Shown here: one piece after another, positions 1-11,654 of the stretch
Layout of the letters: each line of letters begins with the position of its first letter
Position numbering within the stretch: position 1 is the stretch's first letter
Assembly: GCA_033763315.1 (NCBI GenBank)
Contig: JANRKS010000009.1
Location: forward strand, 332,789 to 396,788
From: Deltaproteobacteria bacterium
GTDB taxonomy: Bacteria; Myxococcota_A; Polyangia; Fen-1088
Direction of reading: 5' to 3'
Length of the DNA: 64,000 bases
Notes under the pieces: model-generated
Databases searched by the model: none
What the model was told of the DNA's origin: nothing
What the model saw: only the letters and a program-made list of their open reading frames with translations
Program-made: the position numbers and the translations under genes

Positions 1-1503
1 ATGGCCGCATGTTTGTTTGCAGCGTATGCGGTTCGGCGCGCCCCCGCGTTGTCTGCCAGCTTGGCGTTCGCGACGCTGGTGGTTGTGGCGCAATCGCCGT
101 TTTGGCTGTTGGACGTATCATTTCAACTCTCTGTGCTTTCCGTATGTGGGCTGGCGGCGTTCGCTGGTCGCCTTGGTCCGAAAGCCGCCGCCGAAGGGGG
201 TTGGTGGCGCCGCGTTTGGGTGTGGTTTGGCAAGGCCATGGCGGCCACGATGGCTGCGGGGCTCGTCACGGCGCCATTGGTGGCATTTCACTTCGGGGAA
301 GTGACGCCCGCGGCGCCCTTGGGAAACCTCATCCTTACGCCTTTGGTGGAACTGGTGGTGGTGCCGCTGGGGCTCCTGGGTGCCGCACTTGCCGCTGCGG
401 TGCCTGCCTTGGCCAGGGTGATGTTGTGGCCCGCCAGCGTGGGCGCGGACGCCACGCTTTGGGTGGCGTCGCGGTTCGCGCACGGCGCGCCTGTGTGGCA
501 CGTCAATGCGTTGGGCGCGTGGGGCACAGCGGCCCTCACAATCGCAGCGGCCGCGATTCTGGGCGCTTGGATCGCCCAAACGAGTTTGCGGCGCAAGCTG
601 CTCTTGATCGCCGGAGGCCTATGTTTGTTTGCCATGCTTGCGTGGGTGCAACGCTGGTGGCGACACCAGCACAGTCAGGAGATGCAGGTCACCTTCTTGG
701 ATGTGGGGCAGGGTGACGGCGCGGTTGTGCAAGGCCCGCATGGTTTTGTGGCCGTGGTTGACGGCGGCGGCTTGGGCGAAAGCTTCGACACGGGAGCAAG
801 GTTGCTCACGCCCTACTTGCGCCGCCAAGGCATCAGCCACATCAACCTTGTGGTGCTGTCACACCCGCACCCTGACCACGCGTTGGGTTTATTTTCGGTG
901 CTGCAGAATTTTGTGATCGACGAGCTGTGGATGCCAGCCAGCGGCGAAGGGCCCGCACATGATGGCGCCTTCATTCGCAACCTGCGGCAAACAGCGCAAG
1001 CGCGCGGCACGCGCGTGGTTGAGCCACATGGATTCACGCGCGATGGATTGAGCGTCGAACCATTTGGTCCGTGGGACGGCGATCATATTGCCGCGCCTGC
1101 TGGCTTATCAGTCAACGATGCGTCTTTGTCCGTTCGTTTCGCGTTTGCGGGGCACGCGATCTTCTTCGCGGGTGATCTGGAAGGACCGGGCGAGAACGAG
1201 CTGGCCGAAGGCGCACGCAGCTTGGGGCGGTGGCCACGCAGCGATGTGCTGAAGGTTCCCCATCACGGCAGCCGCACATCCTCTTCGCAGGAACTTTTCG
1301 ACGCCGTCGGGCCAAGGCTTGCTGTGATCTCTGCCGGGCGCGGCAACCGCTTCGGGTTTCCGCACGCCGAGGTGCTGCGGCGTTACGAGCGGCACGCCGT
1401 GCCCATTCTGCGCACCGATCGCGACGGCGCGGTGCAACTGTCTTGGGGGAGGAAGGGGCCTGTGACAGCGACGTGCGTGCGGGGCCCTTGCCCCCCGCTG
1501 TGA
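1..1503 (+). CDS. comEC: ComEC/Rec2 DNA-uptake competence protein (5' part probably outside window)
   Basis: Competence-domain TM segment (SFQLS, PLGNL) followed by a metallo-beta-lactamase domain: FLDVGQGD, SHPHPDH, GDLE, KVPHHGS, NRFGFPH, RTDRDGAV. Confidence 0.93.
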   Translation: MAACLFAAYAVRRAPALSASLAFATLVVVAQSPFWLLDVSFQLSVLSVCGLAAFAGRLGPKAAAEGGWWRRVWVWFGKAMAATMAAGLVTAPLVAFHFGEVTPAAPLGNLILTPLVELVVVPLGLLGAALAAAVPALARVMLWPASVGADATLWVASRFAHGAPVWHVNALGAWGTAALTIAAAAILGAWIAQTSLRRKLLLIAGGLCLFAMLAWVQRWWRHQHSQEMQVTFLDVGQGDGAVVQGPHGFVAVVDGGGLGESFDTGARLLTPYLRRQGISHINLVVLSHPHPDHALGLFSVLQNFVIDELWMPASGEGPAHDGAFIRNLRQTAQARGTRVVEPHGFTRDGLSVEPFGPWDGDHIAAPAGLSVNDASLSVRFAFAGHAIFFAGDLEGPGENELAEGARSLGRWPRSDVLKVPHHGSRTSSSQELFDAVGPRLAVISAGRGNRFGFPHAEVLRRYERHAVPILRTDRDGAVQLSWGRKGPVTATCVRGPCPPL

Positions 1504-1637
1504 GAAGCAAATGCCTGATTTTGCTGGCGACCAGGAGCCGCTGATGCCGCTGCGGTGGCGCGGCTGGCGAACCGGCATCACACTTATAGAAGTAGCACTC
1601 GTTCAACATCGACTTACAGCTGACACCGGAGGACTTC

Positions 1638-2219
1638 ATGCGTCGAGCGCGCAAGAGTAAATCACCTCGCCAATCGGTTCGATTGGAAAGCTGTGTAGCC
1701 GAAATCATGGGAACGAGCCTGTTCACGCTGAGCCCCGACACGGCGGTGTCCGCAGCCTTGCGGCTGGCGTCCGACAAGCACGTGAGCCACTTTTTGGTGG
1801 TCGAGGACGGAGGGCTCACCGGAATCGTGTGCGATCGAGATTTGCACAACGCCGGCAAAGAAAAGCTGGTGGAGGATTGCATGACAACGCCCGTGCTGTG
1901 CATCGGCCCTGAAACCACGATCGAAGAAGCCACGGGCATCATGGAAGAGAACGCTGTGAGCTGCTTGCCGGTGGTCACCGGCACTTTCTTGGTGGGCATG
2001 GTCACGCGCGATTCGTTGGGCGCGCTGGATCTTGAGGCCGACCGCGACGTGCTTTCACCTGAGCGCGCCGAAGAAGCGTTGGTGGCGGCCACGCCGTTAA
2101 CATGCGTGGGCTGCGGTAGCCAACGTCATGTGGCACGCGATGTGCGATCGAATCTGATCCCCATGTGCCAAAAGTGTTTGGGCGGCGATGTGTGGGACGG
2201 ACGGCGCAAGGCGAATTGA
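1638..2219 (+). CDS. CBS-pair protein with C-terminal CxxC...CxxC putative Zn ribbon
   Basis: Two CBS repeats (VAEIMG...LTGIVCDRDL; VEDCMT...LVGMVTRDSL), then CVGC-x17-CQKC; GGAGG RBS before ATG. Confidence 0.8.
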   Translation: MRRARKSKSPRQSVRLESCVAEIMGTSLFTLSPDTAVSAALRLASDKHVSHFLVVEDGGLTGIVCDRDLHNAGKEKLVEDCMTTPVLCIGPETTIEEATGIMEENAVSCLPVVTGTFLVGMVTRDSLGALDLEADRDVLSPERAEEALVAATPLTCVGCGSQRHVARDVRSNLIPMCQKCLGGDVWDGRRKAN

Positions 2220-2243
2220 GCGGGACCGTTACGACGACGTCGC

Positions 2244-3515
2244 GTGCGTCAGCTACACTGGCGCAGGATTCCGCTGGTGCTTGCGCGCGTTCTTGAAACC
2301 ATTCTGCAGCACCGCCTGATTGAGGCCGGCCAACGCATTTTGGTGGGCCTTTCAGGCGGGCCGGATTCATGTGCACTGCTGCTGGCGCTGCAGAAACTGT
2401 CGCCACGGCTCGGGTTCGAAGTCCGCGCGCTGTGCGTGGATCACGGCTTGCGCGCGGAGTCTGCTGCGGAAGCCGCGCGCGTGGCCGCCATGAGCGCGTC
2501 TTGGGGCGTGCCGTGCGCGGTCGTGCGTGTCGACGTGGCGGCCTTGCGTACGGCGCACGTGTCTTGGCAGGACGCCGCCCGCCGCGCACGTTTGGCGGCG
2601 TTGGAAGCGGCCGCAGAGCAGGGGTGCGACGTGGTTGCCTTGGGCCACAGCGCTGACGATCAGGCCGAAACAGTGTTGTTCCGCATTGTGCGTGGCACTG
2701 GACTCCAAGGTTTGGCCGGAATTCCATACCGCCGAGGTGTGTTCATTCGGCCGTTGCTGGACATCCGCCGTTCTGAGATTGAGGCGTTCGTGGGCCAGCA
2801 GGGGGTGACGCCGGTGCGCGATCCCTCCAACGAAAACGTTCGCTACACGCGTTCGCGGGTGCGCCATGAGTGGATGCCATTGCTCGCGCGGGAAAACCCC
2901 CGGCTCGTCGAAGCTCTATTGGGGCTTGCGGCCGATGCGCAGGCGCTGCCGGGCCGCCCTGCGCCGGCAGGCGTGATCCCGCACGTCAGCCGGCGCGCCG
3001 CCAGGCAAATTCAACGGGCCAGCGCGCGGGGTGGCACGAGCGCCTTTGACGTGACCGGTGGGATCCTGGAAGTCACCTATGGGCGACGCAGTTTTCGCCC
3101 ACGTTTGGCGCCTCCGGCCGCGCCGCCCGAGCCGCTTGTCGTGGCCGCGGTTAAGACCGACCTGCACTTCGTGTGGGGCGCGGGAGCCGTTAAGTTTAAA
3201 GTCGGCGATGCGCCTGCGGGTTCAGGCGTGGCCTTTGACCACGAAAAGATTGTATGGCCACTCACGGTAAGACCGTGGCGTGCTGGTGATCGCATGCACC
3301 CGCGCAAGGGCCGAGGCTCCCGCAAATTGCAGGACCTGTTGGTGGACGCGAAGGTGCCCCGCGGTATGCGCGGCCTTTTGCCGGTGCTCGTAGATGCCGA
3401 TGACAACATCCTGTTTGTTCCACACCTTCGCGCCGCCCAAGCGGCCTCTCCCACCACCCAAACCAAGACATTCCTGGTCGTTGAGGCAGAAAACTTCGTG
3501 ATCTCGCCTAAGTGA
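2244..3515 (+). CDS. tilS: tRNA(Ile)-lysidine synthetase
   Basis: PP-loop SGGPDS, DHGLR, GHSADDQAET, IRPLL, DPSN...RSRVRH, C-terminal TilS_C (RPWRAGDR...KLQDLL...KVP); directly upstream of ftsH; exact start uncertain. Confidence 0.95.
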   Translation: MRQLHWRRIPLVLARVLETILQHRLIEAGQRILVGLSGGPDSCALLLALQKLSPRLGFEVRALCVDHGLRAESAAEAARVAAMSASWGVPCAVVRVDVAALRTAHVSWQDAARRARLAALEAAAEQGCDVVALGHSADDQAETVLFRIVRGTGLQGLAGIPYRRGVFIRPLLDIRRSEIEAFVGQQGVTPVRDPSNENVRYTRSRVRHEWMPLLARENPRLVEALLGLAADAQALPGRPAPAGVIPHVSRRAARQIQRASARGGTSAFDVTGGILEVTYGRRSFRPRLAPPAAPPEPLVVAAVKTDLHFVWGAGAVKFKVGDAPAGSGVAFDHEKIVWPLTVRPWRAGDRMHPRKGRGSRKLQDLLVDAKVPRGMRGLLPVLVDADDNILFVPHLRAAQAASPTTQTKTFLVVEAENFVISPK

Positions 3516-3532
3516 CTGGCAACCGCCCCGCG

Positions 3533-3561
3533 TTGACGGCATCGTATCGAAGAAGAATACT
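3533..3561 (+). promoter_or_regulatory. Putative sigma70 promoter of ftsH
   Basis: TTGACG-17 bp-AATACT in the tilS-ftsH gap. Confidence 0.45.
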
Positions 3562-3588
3562 TGCCTGCTGTTCTAGAAAGGACTCTAA

Positions 3589-5517
<1,929 letters not shown>

Positions 5518-5529
5518 GCCGCTTCGCTG

Positions 5530-6357
5530 ATGTTTGCCGTTGACGGGCGTCTACGTTCAGGGGCCCCCACCATCGTGGGGGTGCTGAATGTGACGCCCGA
5601 TTCTTTTTCCGACGGCGGCCGCTTCGCCAACGTGGATGAGGCCATTGCGTGCGGCGTGGCGATGGTGGACGCCGGCGCCCATTGGATAGACGTGGGGGGC
5701 GAATCAACCCGACCGGGCGCAGCGGTGGTGGATGGGGCCGATGAACTGGCGCGCGTGATTCCGGTGATCGAAGGGTTGGCCTCTCGCGTGGCGGGGAGAG
5801 CGCTGATCTCCATCGACACGTACAAATCCACAACAGCAAGGGCGGCCCTGCAAGCCGGGGCGCGCGTGGTGAACGACATTTCGGCGGGCGTTCTCGATGC
5901 GGGGCTGCTGAGCGTTGCGGCCGCCTTCGATGCGCCCGTGGTCCTCGGGCACCTGCGCGGGCAACCGGCCACGATGATGGACCACGTTCATTTCGATGAT
6001 GTGGTGGCCGAAGTGGTGGCGGAGCTGCAAGCGCGGGTCGAGGCGGCGCGCGCGGCTGGGTGCCACCACATTTGGGTGGATCCAGGCATTGGCTTTGGAA
6101 AGCGCCTGCCCCAAAATTTGGCGTTGCTGCGCCACCTGCGTGCGATGCGTGAAGCGCTGCAAGCGCCCATGATGGTGGGCGTGTCCCGCAAGCGATTCAT
6201 CGGCGAGCTGACGGGGCAAGCAGCCTCGGATCGCGGTTATGGCACCGCTGCGGCGTTGGCGTTGGCGGTGGACGCGGGCGTTGAGGCCCTGCGTGTGCAC
6301 GACGTGGCGCCAGCGCGGGACGTGGTGGCCGTGGCCAGCGCGATTGCGCGGGCTTAA
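5530..6357 (+). CDS. folP: Dihydropteroate synthase
   Basis: GVLNVTPDSFSDGG, DVGGESTRPGA, DPGIGFGK, SRKRF, LRVHDV. Confidence 0.98.
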   Translation: MFAVDGRLRSGAPTIVGVLNVTPDSFSDGGRFANVDEAIACGVAMVDAGAHWIDVGGESTRPGAAVVDGADELARVIPVIEGLASRVAGRALISIDTYKSTTARAALQAGARVVNDISAGVLDAGLLSVAAAFDAPVVLGHLRGQPATMMDHVHFDDVVAEVVAELQARVEAARAAGCHHIWVDPGIGFGKRLPQNLALLRHLRAMREALQAPMMVGVSRKRFIGELTGQAASDRGYGTAAALALAVDAGVEALRVHDVAPARDVVAVASAIARA

Positions 6358-6436
6358 GCCGATCAGCCGCGAAATCGCACCATCACCGCCCGGCCCAGAT
6401 GACGTGGCGGACCCCTGCGGTTAACATCGGTCCCAG

Positions 6437-7804
6437 ATGTCTGACACGCGCAAATTGTTTGGAACCGACGGCATTCGCGGCAAAGCGAACCAGTACCCTA
6501 TGACAGCCGAGGTGGCCTTGCGGCTGGGTATGGCGGTGGCTCATCACTTTAGGCACAAGGATCGCCGGGGCCGCATCGTGATTGGCAAAGACACGCGCCT
6601 TTCGGGCTACATGCTTGAAAGCGCCTTGGAGGCGGGCATCGTGGCGGCGGGCGCGGATGTGATGCTTGTGGGGCCGTTGCCCACGCCAGGCATTGCGTTC
6701 GTAACGTCATCCATGCGAGCTGACGCCGGCGTGGTGATCAGCGCTTCGCACAACCCTTACCAAGACAACGGCATCAAGCTGTTTGCCTCGGATGGCTTCA
6801 AGCTTCCCGACGAGGTGGAGGCCGAAGTCGAAGCTGTGATGGCGAAGATCGAAGCGGGCGATGAGGGCCACGCGGCTGGCGCAGACGAGATCGGAAAGGC
6901 CCTGCGCATTCAGGACGCCGAAGGCCGGTACATTCAATCGCTAAAGCAAGCGTTTCCCAAAGATCGCACCTTGGATGGCGTGCGTGTGGTGGTGGATTGT
7001 GCCAATGGCGCGGCCTACCAGGTGGCCCCACGTGTGTTCACGGAGCTGGGCGCCGACGTGATTGAACTTGGCACCAACCCTGACGGTCGCAACATCAACG
7101 AACGTTGTGGCGCTTTGTTTCCCGAAAACGCCGCCGCTGAAGTGCGACGCACGCGCGCAGAGATTGGCGTGTCACTTGATGGCGATGCCGATCGCTTGAT
7201 CATGTCCGACGAACGTGGGCAAGTGGTGGACGGTGATCAGATCTTGGCCATCTTGGGCCGGCACCTCAAAGCGAAGGGCAAACTGGCTGGCAATACAGTG
7301 GTGGCCACGGTGATGTCGAACTTGGGCTTGGAGCGTGCCTTGGCCGATGTGGGCGCAAATCTGATGCGTGCGTCGGTGGGCGATCGTTATGTGGTGGAGG
7401 CGATGCGCGCTGGCAACTTCACGTTGGGTGGCGAGCAATCGGGACACATCCTTTCGCTTGAGCACGCGAGCACGGGCGATGGCACGATGGCCGCGTTGTT
7501 GGTGATGGCGGTGATGGCCGAGACAGGCAAGACGCTGGGCGAGCTGGCCAAGTGCATGACGCGTTTTCCGCAGGTGTTGGTGAATTTCCGCGTGCCGCAA
7601 AAGATACCCATCGAAGAGCTGCCTGAAGTGCAGAAAATCATCTCGGAAGTGGAGAAACAGTTGGGTAAAGAAGGGCGCGTGTTGGTGCGGTATTCCGGCA
7701 CCGAGGCCAAGGCGCGCGTGATGATCGAAGGCACTGACGAGAACTTCATTGCCACACGCGCTGACGACATCGCGCGCGTGATGCAAAAAGCCCTGGTCAT
7801 GTGA
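6437..7804 (+). CDS. glmM: Phosphoglucosamine mutase
   Basis: [22 protein letters not shown] (phospho-Ser), DGDADR, GGEQSGH, RYSGTE. Confidence 0.98.
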   Translation: MSDTRKLFGTDGIRGKANQYPMTAEVALRLGMAVAHHFRHKDRRGRIVIGKDTRLSGYMLESALEAGIVAAGADVMLVGPLPTPGIAFVTSSMRADAGVVISASHNPYQDNGIKLFASDGFKLPDEVEAEVEAVMAKIEAGDEGHAAGADEIGKALRIQDAEGRYIQSLKQAFPKDRTLDGVRVVVDCANGAAYQVAPRVFTELGADVIELGTNPDGRNINERCGALFPENAAAEVRRTRAEIGVSLDGDADRLIMSDERGQVVDGDQILAILGRHLKAKGKLAGNTVVATVMSNLGLERALADVGANLMRASVGDRYVVEAMRAGNFTLGGEQSGHILSLEHASTGDGTMAALLVMAVMAETGKTLGELAKCMTRFPQVLVNFRVPQKIPIEELPEVQKIISEVEKQLGKEGRVLVRYSGTEAKARVMIEGTDENFIATRADDIARVMQKALVM

Positions 7805-7824
7805 ACGTGGCGAAGGAGCCCGGC

Positions 7825-9396
7825 ATGGCCAGCGTATTTACCGCCGCCCAAGCGCGGGCGTCAGATCAATTTGTGATGTCCACGTTGGGCTTGCCGGGCG
7901 TGGTGTTGATGGAAAATGCGGGGCGCGGGGTGGCGCGCGTGATTCGCCGGGCGCTGCTCAAGAAGAATCAGACGCTGGCAAACGCCAAAGTTGTTGTGGT
8001 GTGTGGTGCGGGGCAAAACGGTGGCGATGGCTTTGTGATCGCGCGGCACCTGCATCTGATGGGCGCGCGTGTGCAAGTTTATTTGGTGATGCCAGCGGCG
8101 AAGATCCAAGGCGACGCGGCGGTGAACCTGCGGGCATTGCAGGGCCTTGACGAGGTGCCGGTGGACGACGTGAGCGATGTGCTCGACGAAGAAGCCTGGT
8201 GGGATTGGCTCAACGACGCGGACGTGTTGGTTGACGCGATCTTTGGTACTGGTTTGCGCGCGGACGTTACGGGTGTGCCTGCGGTGGCCATCGCGGCGAT
8301 GAACGAAAGCCGCGCGCTGCGTGTGGCTGTGGACGTGCCGTCGGGGCTCAATGCCGACACGGGCCGGGTGCAGGGCGTGGCGGTCAACGCTGACGTCACG
8401 GCGACCATGGCCGTGCGCAAGCTAGGTTTGGTGGTGGATGCCGACGCGCCGGTGGGTGAGGTTGTGGTTGTGGGCCTTGGGGCCCCACCGCATGAGGATC
8501 CGGCCTTGGCGCCGTTTGTGCGTTGGGTGGAACCAGCTTTGGTGAAGGCCTGGCTGCCGGTGTTCGGTGCCGCCGCTCACAAGGGAACACGCGGGCACGT
8601 GCTGCTCGTTGCGGGCTCGGAAGGTAAAACCGGCGCCGCGGCTTTGTGCGGTCGTGCGGCGCTGCGTGCAGGTGCGGGCTTGGTGACTGTGGCCACAACG
8701 AAAGCCGCGCAGACGGCGGTGGACGCGAAGGTGTGGGAAGTGATGTCAGCGGCATTTACGTCCGTTGATGACGCCACCCCCGACAGCTTCGATGTGGTGA
8801 TGCGGTTGTCATCAAAGATGAAGTCGATCGGCCTTGGCCCAGGTTTGCCCACCGGCCCGGGAACAGCGGCTTTCGTGCAGCGGATGGCGGTGCAATGCGC
8901 TTTGCCGATGGTCATCGATGCAGAAGCGTTGAATCACATCGCTGCCGACCCCGGCGTTTTGATGCAGGCACGTGGGCCCCGCGTATTGACACCGCATCCA
9001 GCCGAGATGGCGCGGCTGTTGGGCGTCACAACAACCGACGTGCAGGCCGATCGCGCGACGGCAGCACGAACGCTGGCGCAGAAAACGCAGGCGATCGTGG
9101 TGCTCAAAGGCGCACGCACCCTGGTTGCTTTGCCGAACGGAACTCTTTATGTGAACCCTGCGGCGTCGCCCGCGCTTGGCACCGCGGGCAGCGGCGACGT
9201 TTTGACGGGGGCAATCGCCGCGTTGTTGGCGCAAGGGCTCACGGCGGAGCAGGCAAGTGTGTGTGGTGTGTTCGTGCACGGCATGGCGGCCGATGACGCC
9301 TGTGCTCGCTTGGGTTTGCAGCACCTTTTGGCCGGCGAGCTGCCTGACGCGTTTGCGCGCGTGCAAGCCGCCCTGCAGTCGGTTCCTCAGATCTGA
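7825..9396 (+). CDS. nnr: Bifunctional NAD(P)H-hydrate epimerase/dehydratase (YjeF)
   Basis: LMENAG, GQNGGDG, DAIFGTG, DVPSG, HKGTRG, GAGLV, TPHPAE, VLKG, GSGDVLTG; ATG 7825 chosen for its AAGGAG RBS (ORF track starts at GTG 7801). Confidence 0.96.
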   Translation: MASVFTAAQARASDQFVMSTLGLPGVVLMENAGRGVARVIRRALLKKNQTLANAKVVVVCGAGQNGGDGFVIARHLHLMGARVQVYLVMPAAKIQGDAAVNLRALQGLDEVPVDDVSDVLDEEAWWDWLNDADVLVDAIFGTGLRADVTGVPAVAIAAMNESRALRVAVDVPSGLNADTGRVQGVAVNADVTATMAVRKLGLVVDADAPVGEVVVVGLGAPPHEDPALAPFVRWVEPALVKAWLPVFGAAAHKGTRGHVLLVAGSEGKTGAAALCGRAALRAGAGLVTVATTKAAQTAVDAKVWEVMSAAFTSVDDATPDSFDVVMRLSSKMKSIGLGPGLPTGPGTAAFVQRMAVQCALPMVIDAEALNHIAADPGVLMQARGPRVLTPHPAEMARLLGVTTTDVQADRATAARTLAQKTQAIVVLKGARTLVALPNGTLYVNPAASPALGTAGSGDVLTGAIAALLAQGLTAEQASVCGVFVHGMAADDACARLGLQHLLAGELPDAFARVQAALQSVPQI

Positions 9397-11654
9397 ACGC
9401 CCAGCACGAATCCGGGGTACAAGCGGACGGTGGTGTCGCCGTCACGGTAAACCTTCTCAAGCACCCCGAGCCCGGCCTTGTAGTCCATCTTGTTCCAAGA
9501 CGTTTCCACGTTGAATGTGGGGCCGAGGGTAAGCGCGAAGTGCTTCGCGACGGAATAACCCAAAACCGCGCGCAAAGTGCCAAGCGTGCTGTCGCGCTCG
9601 CCATAGTCGGAACTGTTGCCCATCTGCGTGCCGACCACATCGAGATCCACCCACATCGGCCCGCCTGGTGGCGTGATGTGAAAACCAAGACCCAAGTGTG
9701 TGCTGTACGTTTGGCGATCATCGTCGCCCTTGGTGATGCCGCCGCCCAACACAGTGTAGAAGTGTCGCGCGCCGAGTTTCAGGCTCACGTTCGTGCGGCT
9801 CGTGTCGCTCGTATAGAACGAGAGGCCGTGGTAGCCGTCCCTTACAAAAGGAATGATGCCCACCGAAGCGCCTTCCATAGAATTGGCAACATTCACAACG
9901 CCAATCTGCGTGCCTTTGACTTTTGAGGCCACGTTGACGACGCCAATTTGTGCACCCGTGACAGTGCCACCGATGTTAACCACGCCCATCTGGAGGCTGC
10001 CGTCAAGAACGCCTGCCAGGTTGACGACACCCGCTTGGAACCCCTTGAACTCACCGCGGTTGACGTTTATCACCGCCGGCGCAAAGCCCACGAACTTGCC
10101 GCTGTTGTAATTGATGACGGCCGCTTGCACGCCTTTGAAGTCACCCTCAGACCAATTGAACATCGCGGCCTGCACGCCCGTGAAAGCGCCATGCGATACG
10201 TTCAACAGCGCTCCCGTTTGCAAACCGTAAAAGCCACCCAAGGCCATGTTGACGCCAGATGAGAACTGCGCACCCCTGCCATAGCCGCGTGACAGGTTAA
10301 GTCCTGTGGCGAATTGGGCGCCATGCATTTCGCCTTCAACGATGTTGCCGCCCAGCGATAGCTGCACCCCGCGCAGTTCGTCTGAATGGCCAAGCAGGCC
10401 CAAAACAAACCTGTGGCGCACCTTTTGTTCGGGATGCCCAGACAGACGCACGCCCGGGGCTGCGACCAGATCGAAAGCCACATCGCGCAGCGGCTGCGCT
10501 TCGGATTCACCATCACCGCGTAAGGTCGCCACAAACGAAGTGGTGGGCGCAAAGTCGTTCTGTGCCAGCTGACGGCGCTTGCCTTTTTCGAGCGTCACGT
10601 TGGTTTCAAAAGGACGGCCATCGGCATCAAGCAGCACACGGTACGTGCCTGGGCCGAGGCCGAGTTCCACGGGATAAACAGGCTCTTTGCGCAACTCAAC
10701 CAACAGGCGCCCGGCGGCGTCTCGCACGTAGATGCGTCCAGAGAGCGTTTCGTTGAGCACCAACGTGGCGTCGGTGGCGCGCAGATCCGTCATCACCAGA
10801 TCGCCCGTGCCAGCGAGTTGAATGTCGTACGCAGCATGTTGAGCGCCCGCGTGGCTCTTTTCTGTGCGGCGCAGGGTTTCGTCGTAAGCGAACTGATACG
10901 CTTCACCCAACGTCACCTTGCCGTCGCGGCTGCTGTCGGCGGCGCCGCGCAAACCAGAAACCAAATAATGTGTGAAGAAGGCCGCTCCCACGCGGTCTGA
11001 TTCTTGGGCCGATTCATCGGCGGAGCTGGCCGTTAAGAACGCGTGGCCACGAGCGTCGCTGCTGACGTCTGCAAGGAACGGCGCGCGCATGGCGCCGCCC
11101 TTGAGGCGAATCATGGCGCCCGACGAACATGAATCCAAAATGGCGATGCGTACGTCGGCGCCCAAATCTTGAATCCACTGGCGAAGCTCGCGGTACGTGA
11201 TGCGGTCGCTGCCCAGCAACAGGCCCTCTTCGTCAGAGTGGCCCGAGTAATACACGAACAATTCTTTGCGCGTGCCGGGTGCCTGCGCTTCTTGCAAGCG
11301 TGTGCGCAGCTTATCAAAGCCGATCTCCACACTGGTGCGGTTGGCGTTTGGCAACATGATGAGATCGCGCGGATCCAATCCGCCCAATTGCATGAGCACA
11401 TCCGACATGGCCTTGGCGTCAGAGTTGGCAAAGCGCAATTGTGCGCGGCTGCCACCGCCATTGTTTGAGGAAGCGATGAGCGCGTACCGACGCAGGTGCG
11501 ATGATGGTGCATGCGCATCGGCAAGCGCCGCGCGATCGACGAGGCAAAGCAGCGCAACGACGATCGCAAAAGCCAGAAGCAGACGTGCGATGAACAGCGA
11601 CAGCGCTTGCGATGCAAAGGCGGGCGCGCGAACAACGGTGCGAGAAGGCATCAC
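9387..11654 (-). CDS. Exported caspase-like (peptidase C14/orthocaspase) protein with GxQxxxxN beta-solenoid repeats and probable C-terminal beta-barrel
   Basis: Signal-peptide-like N-terminus; RYALI...N...LRFA.SDA, YYSGH (His) and ILDSC (Cys) dyad, FFTHYLVSGLRGAAD...DGKVTL; ~12 repeats; amphipathic strands ending in GFVLGVQI; start 11654 (GTG) or 11651 (ATG), overlapping the upstream stop. Confidence 0.9.
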   Translation of the reverse strand: MMPSRTVVRAPAFASQALSLFIARLLLAFAIVVALLCLVDRAALADAHAPSSHLRRYALIASSNNGGGSRAQLRFANSDAKAMSDVLMQLGGLDPRDLIMLPNANRTSVEIGFDKLRTRLQEAQAPGTRKELFVYYSGHSDEEGLLLGSDRITYRELRQWIQDLGADVRIAILDSCSSGAMIRLKGGAMRAPFLADVSSDARGHAFLTASSADESAQESDRVGAAFFTHYLVSGLRGAADSSRDGKVTLGEAYQFAYDETLRRTEKSHAGAQHAAYDIQLAGTGDLVMTDLRATDATLVLNETLSGRIYVRDAAGRLLVELRKEPVYPVELGLGPGTYRVLLDADGRPFETNVTLEKGKRRQLAQNDFAPTTSFVATLRGDGESEAQPLRDVAFDLVAAPGVRLSGHPEQKVRHRFVLGLLGHSDELRGVQLSLGGNIVEGEMHGAQFATGLNLSRGYGRGAQFSSGVNMALGGFYGLQTGALLNVSHGAFTGVQAAMFNWSEGDFKGVQAAVINYNSGKFVGFAPAVINVNRGEFKGFQAGVVNLAGVLDGSLQMGVVNIGGTVTGAQIGVVNVASKVKGTQIGVVNVANSMEGASVGIIPFVRDGYHGLSFYTSDTSRTNVSLKLGARHFYTVLGGGITKGDDDRQTYSTHLGLGFHITPPGGPMWVDLDVVGTQMGNSSDYGERDSTLGTLRAVLGYSVAKHFALTLGPTFNVETSWNKMDYKAGLGVLEKVYRDGDTTVRLYPGFVLGVQI
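9850..10380 (-). repeat. Intragenic ~15-16 aa tandem repeats (G-x-Q-x-G/A-x-x-N), LA_2272-like surface beta-solenoid
   Basis: e.g. FTGVQAAMFNWSEG, FKGVQAAVINYNSG, FKGFQAGVVNLAG, VTGAQIGVVNVAS, VKGTQIGVVNVAN; coordinates approximate. Confidence 0.8.
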
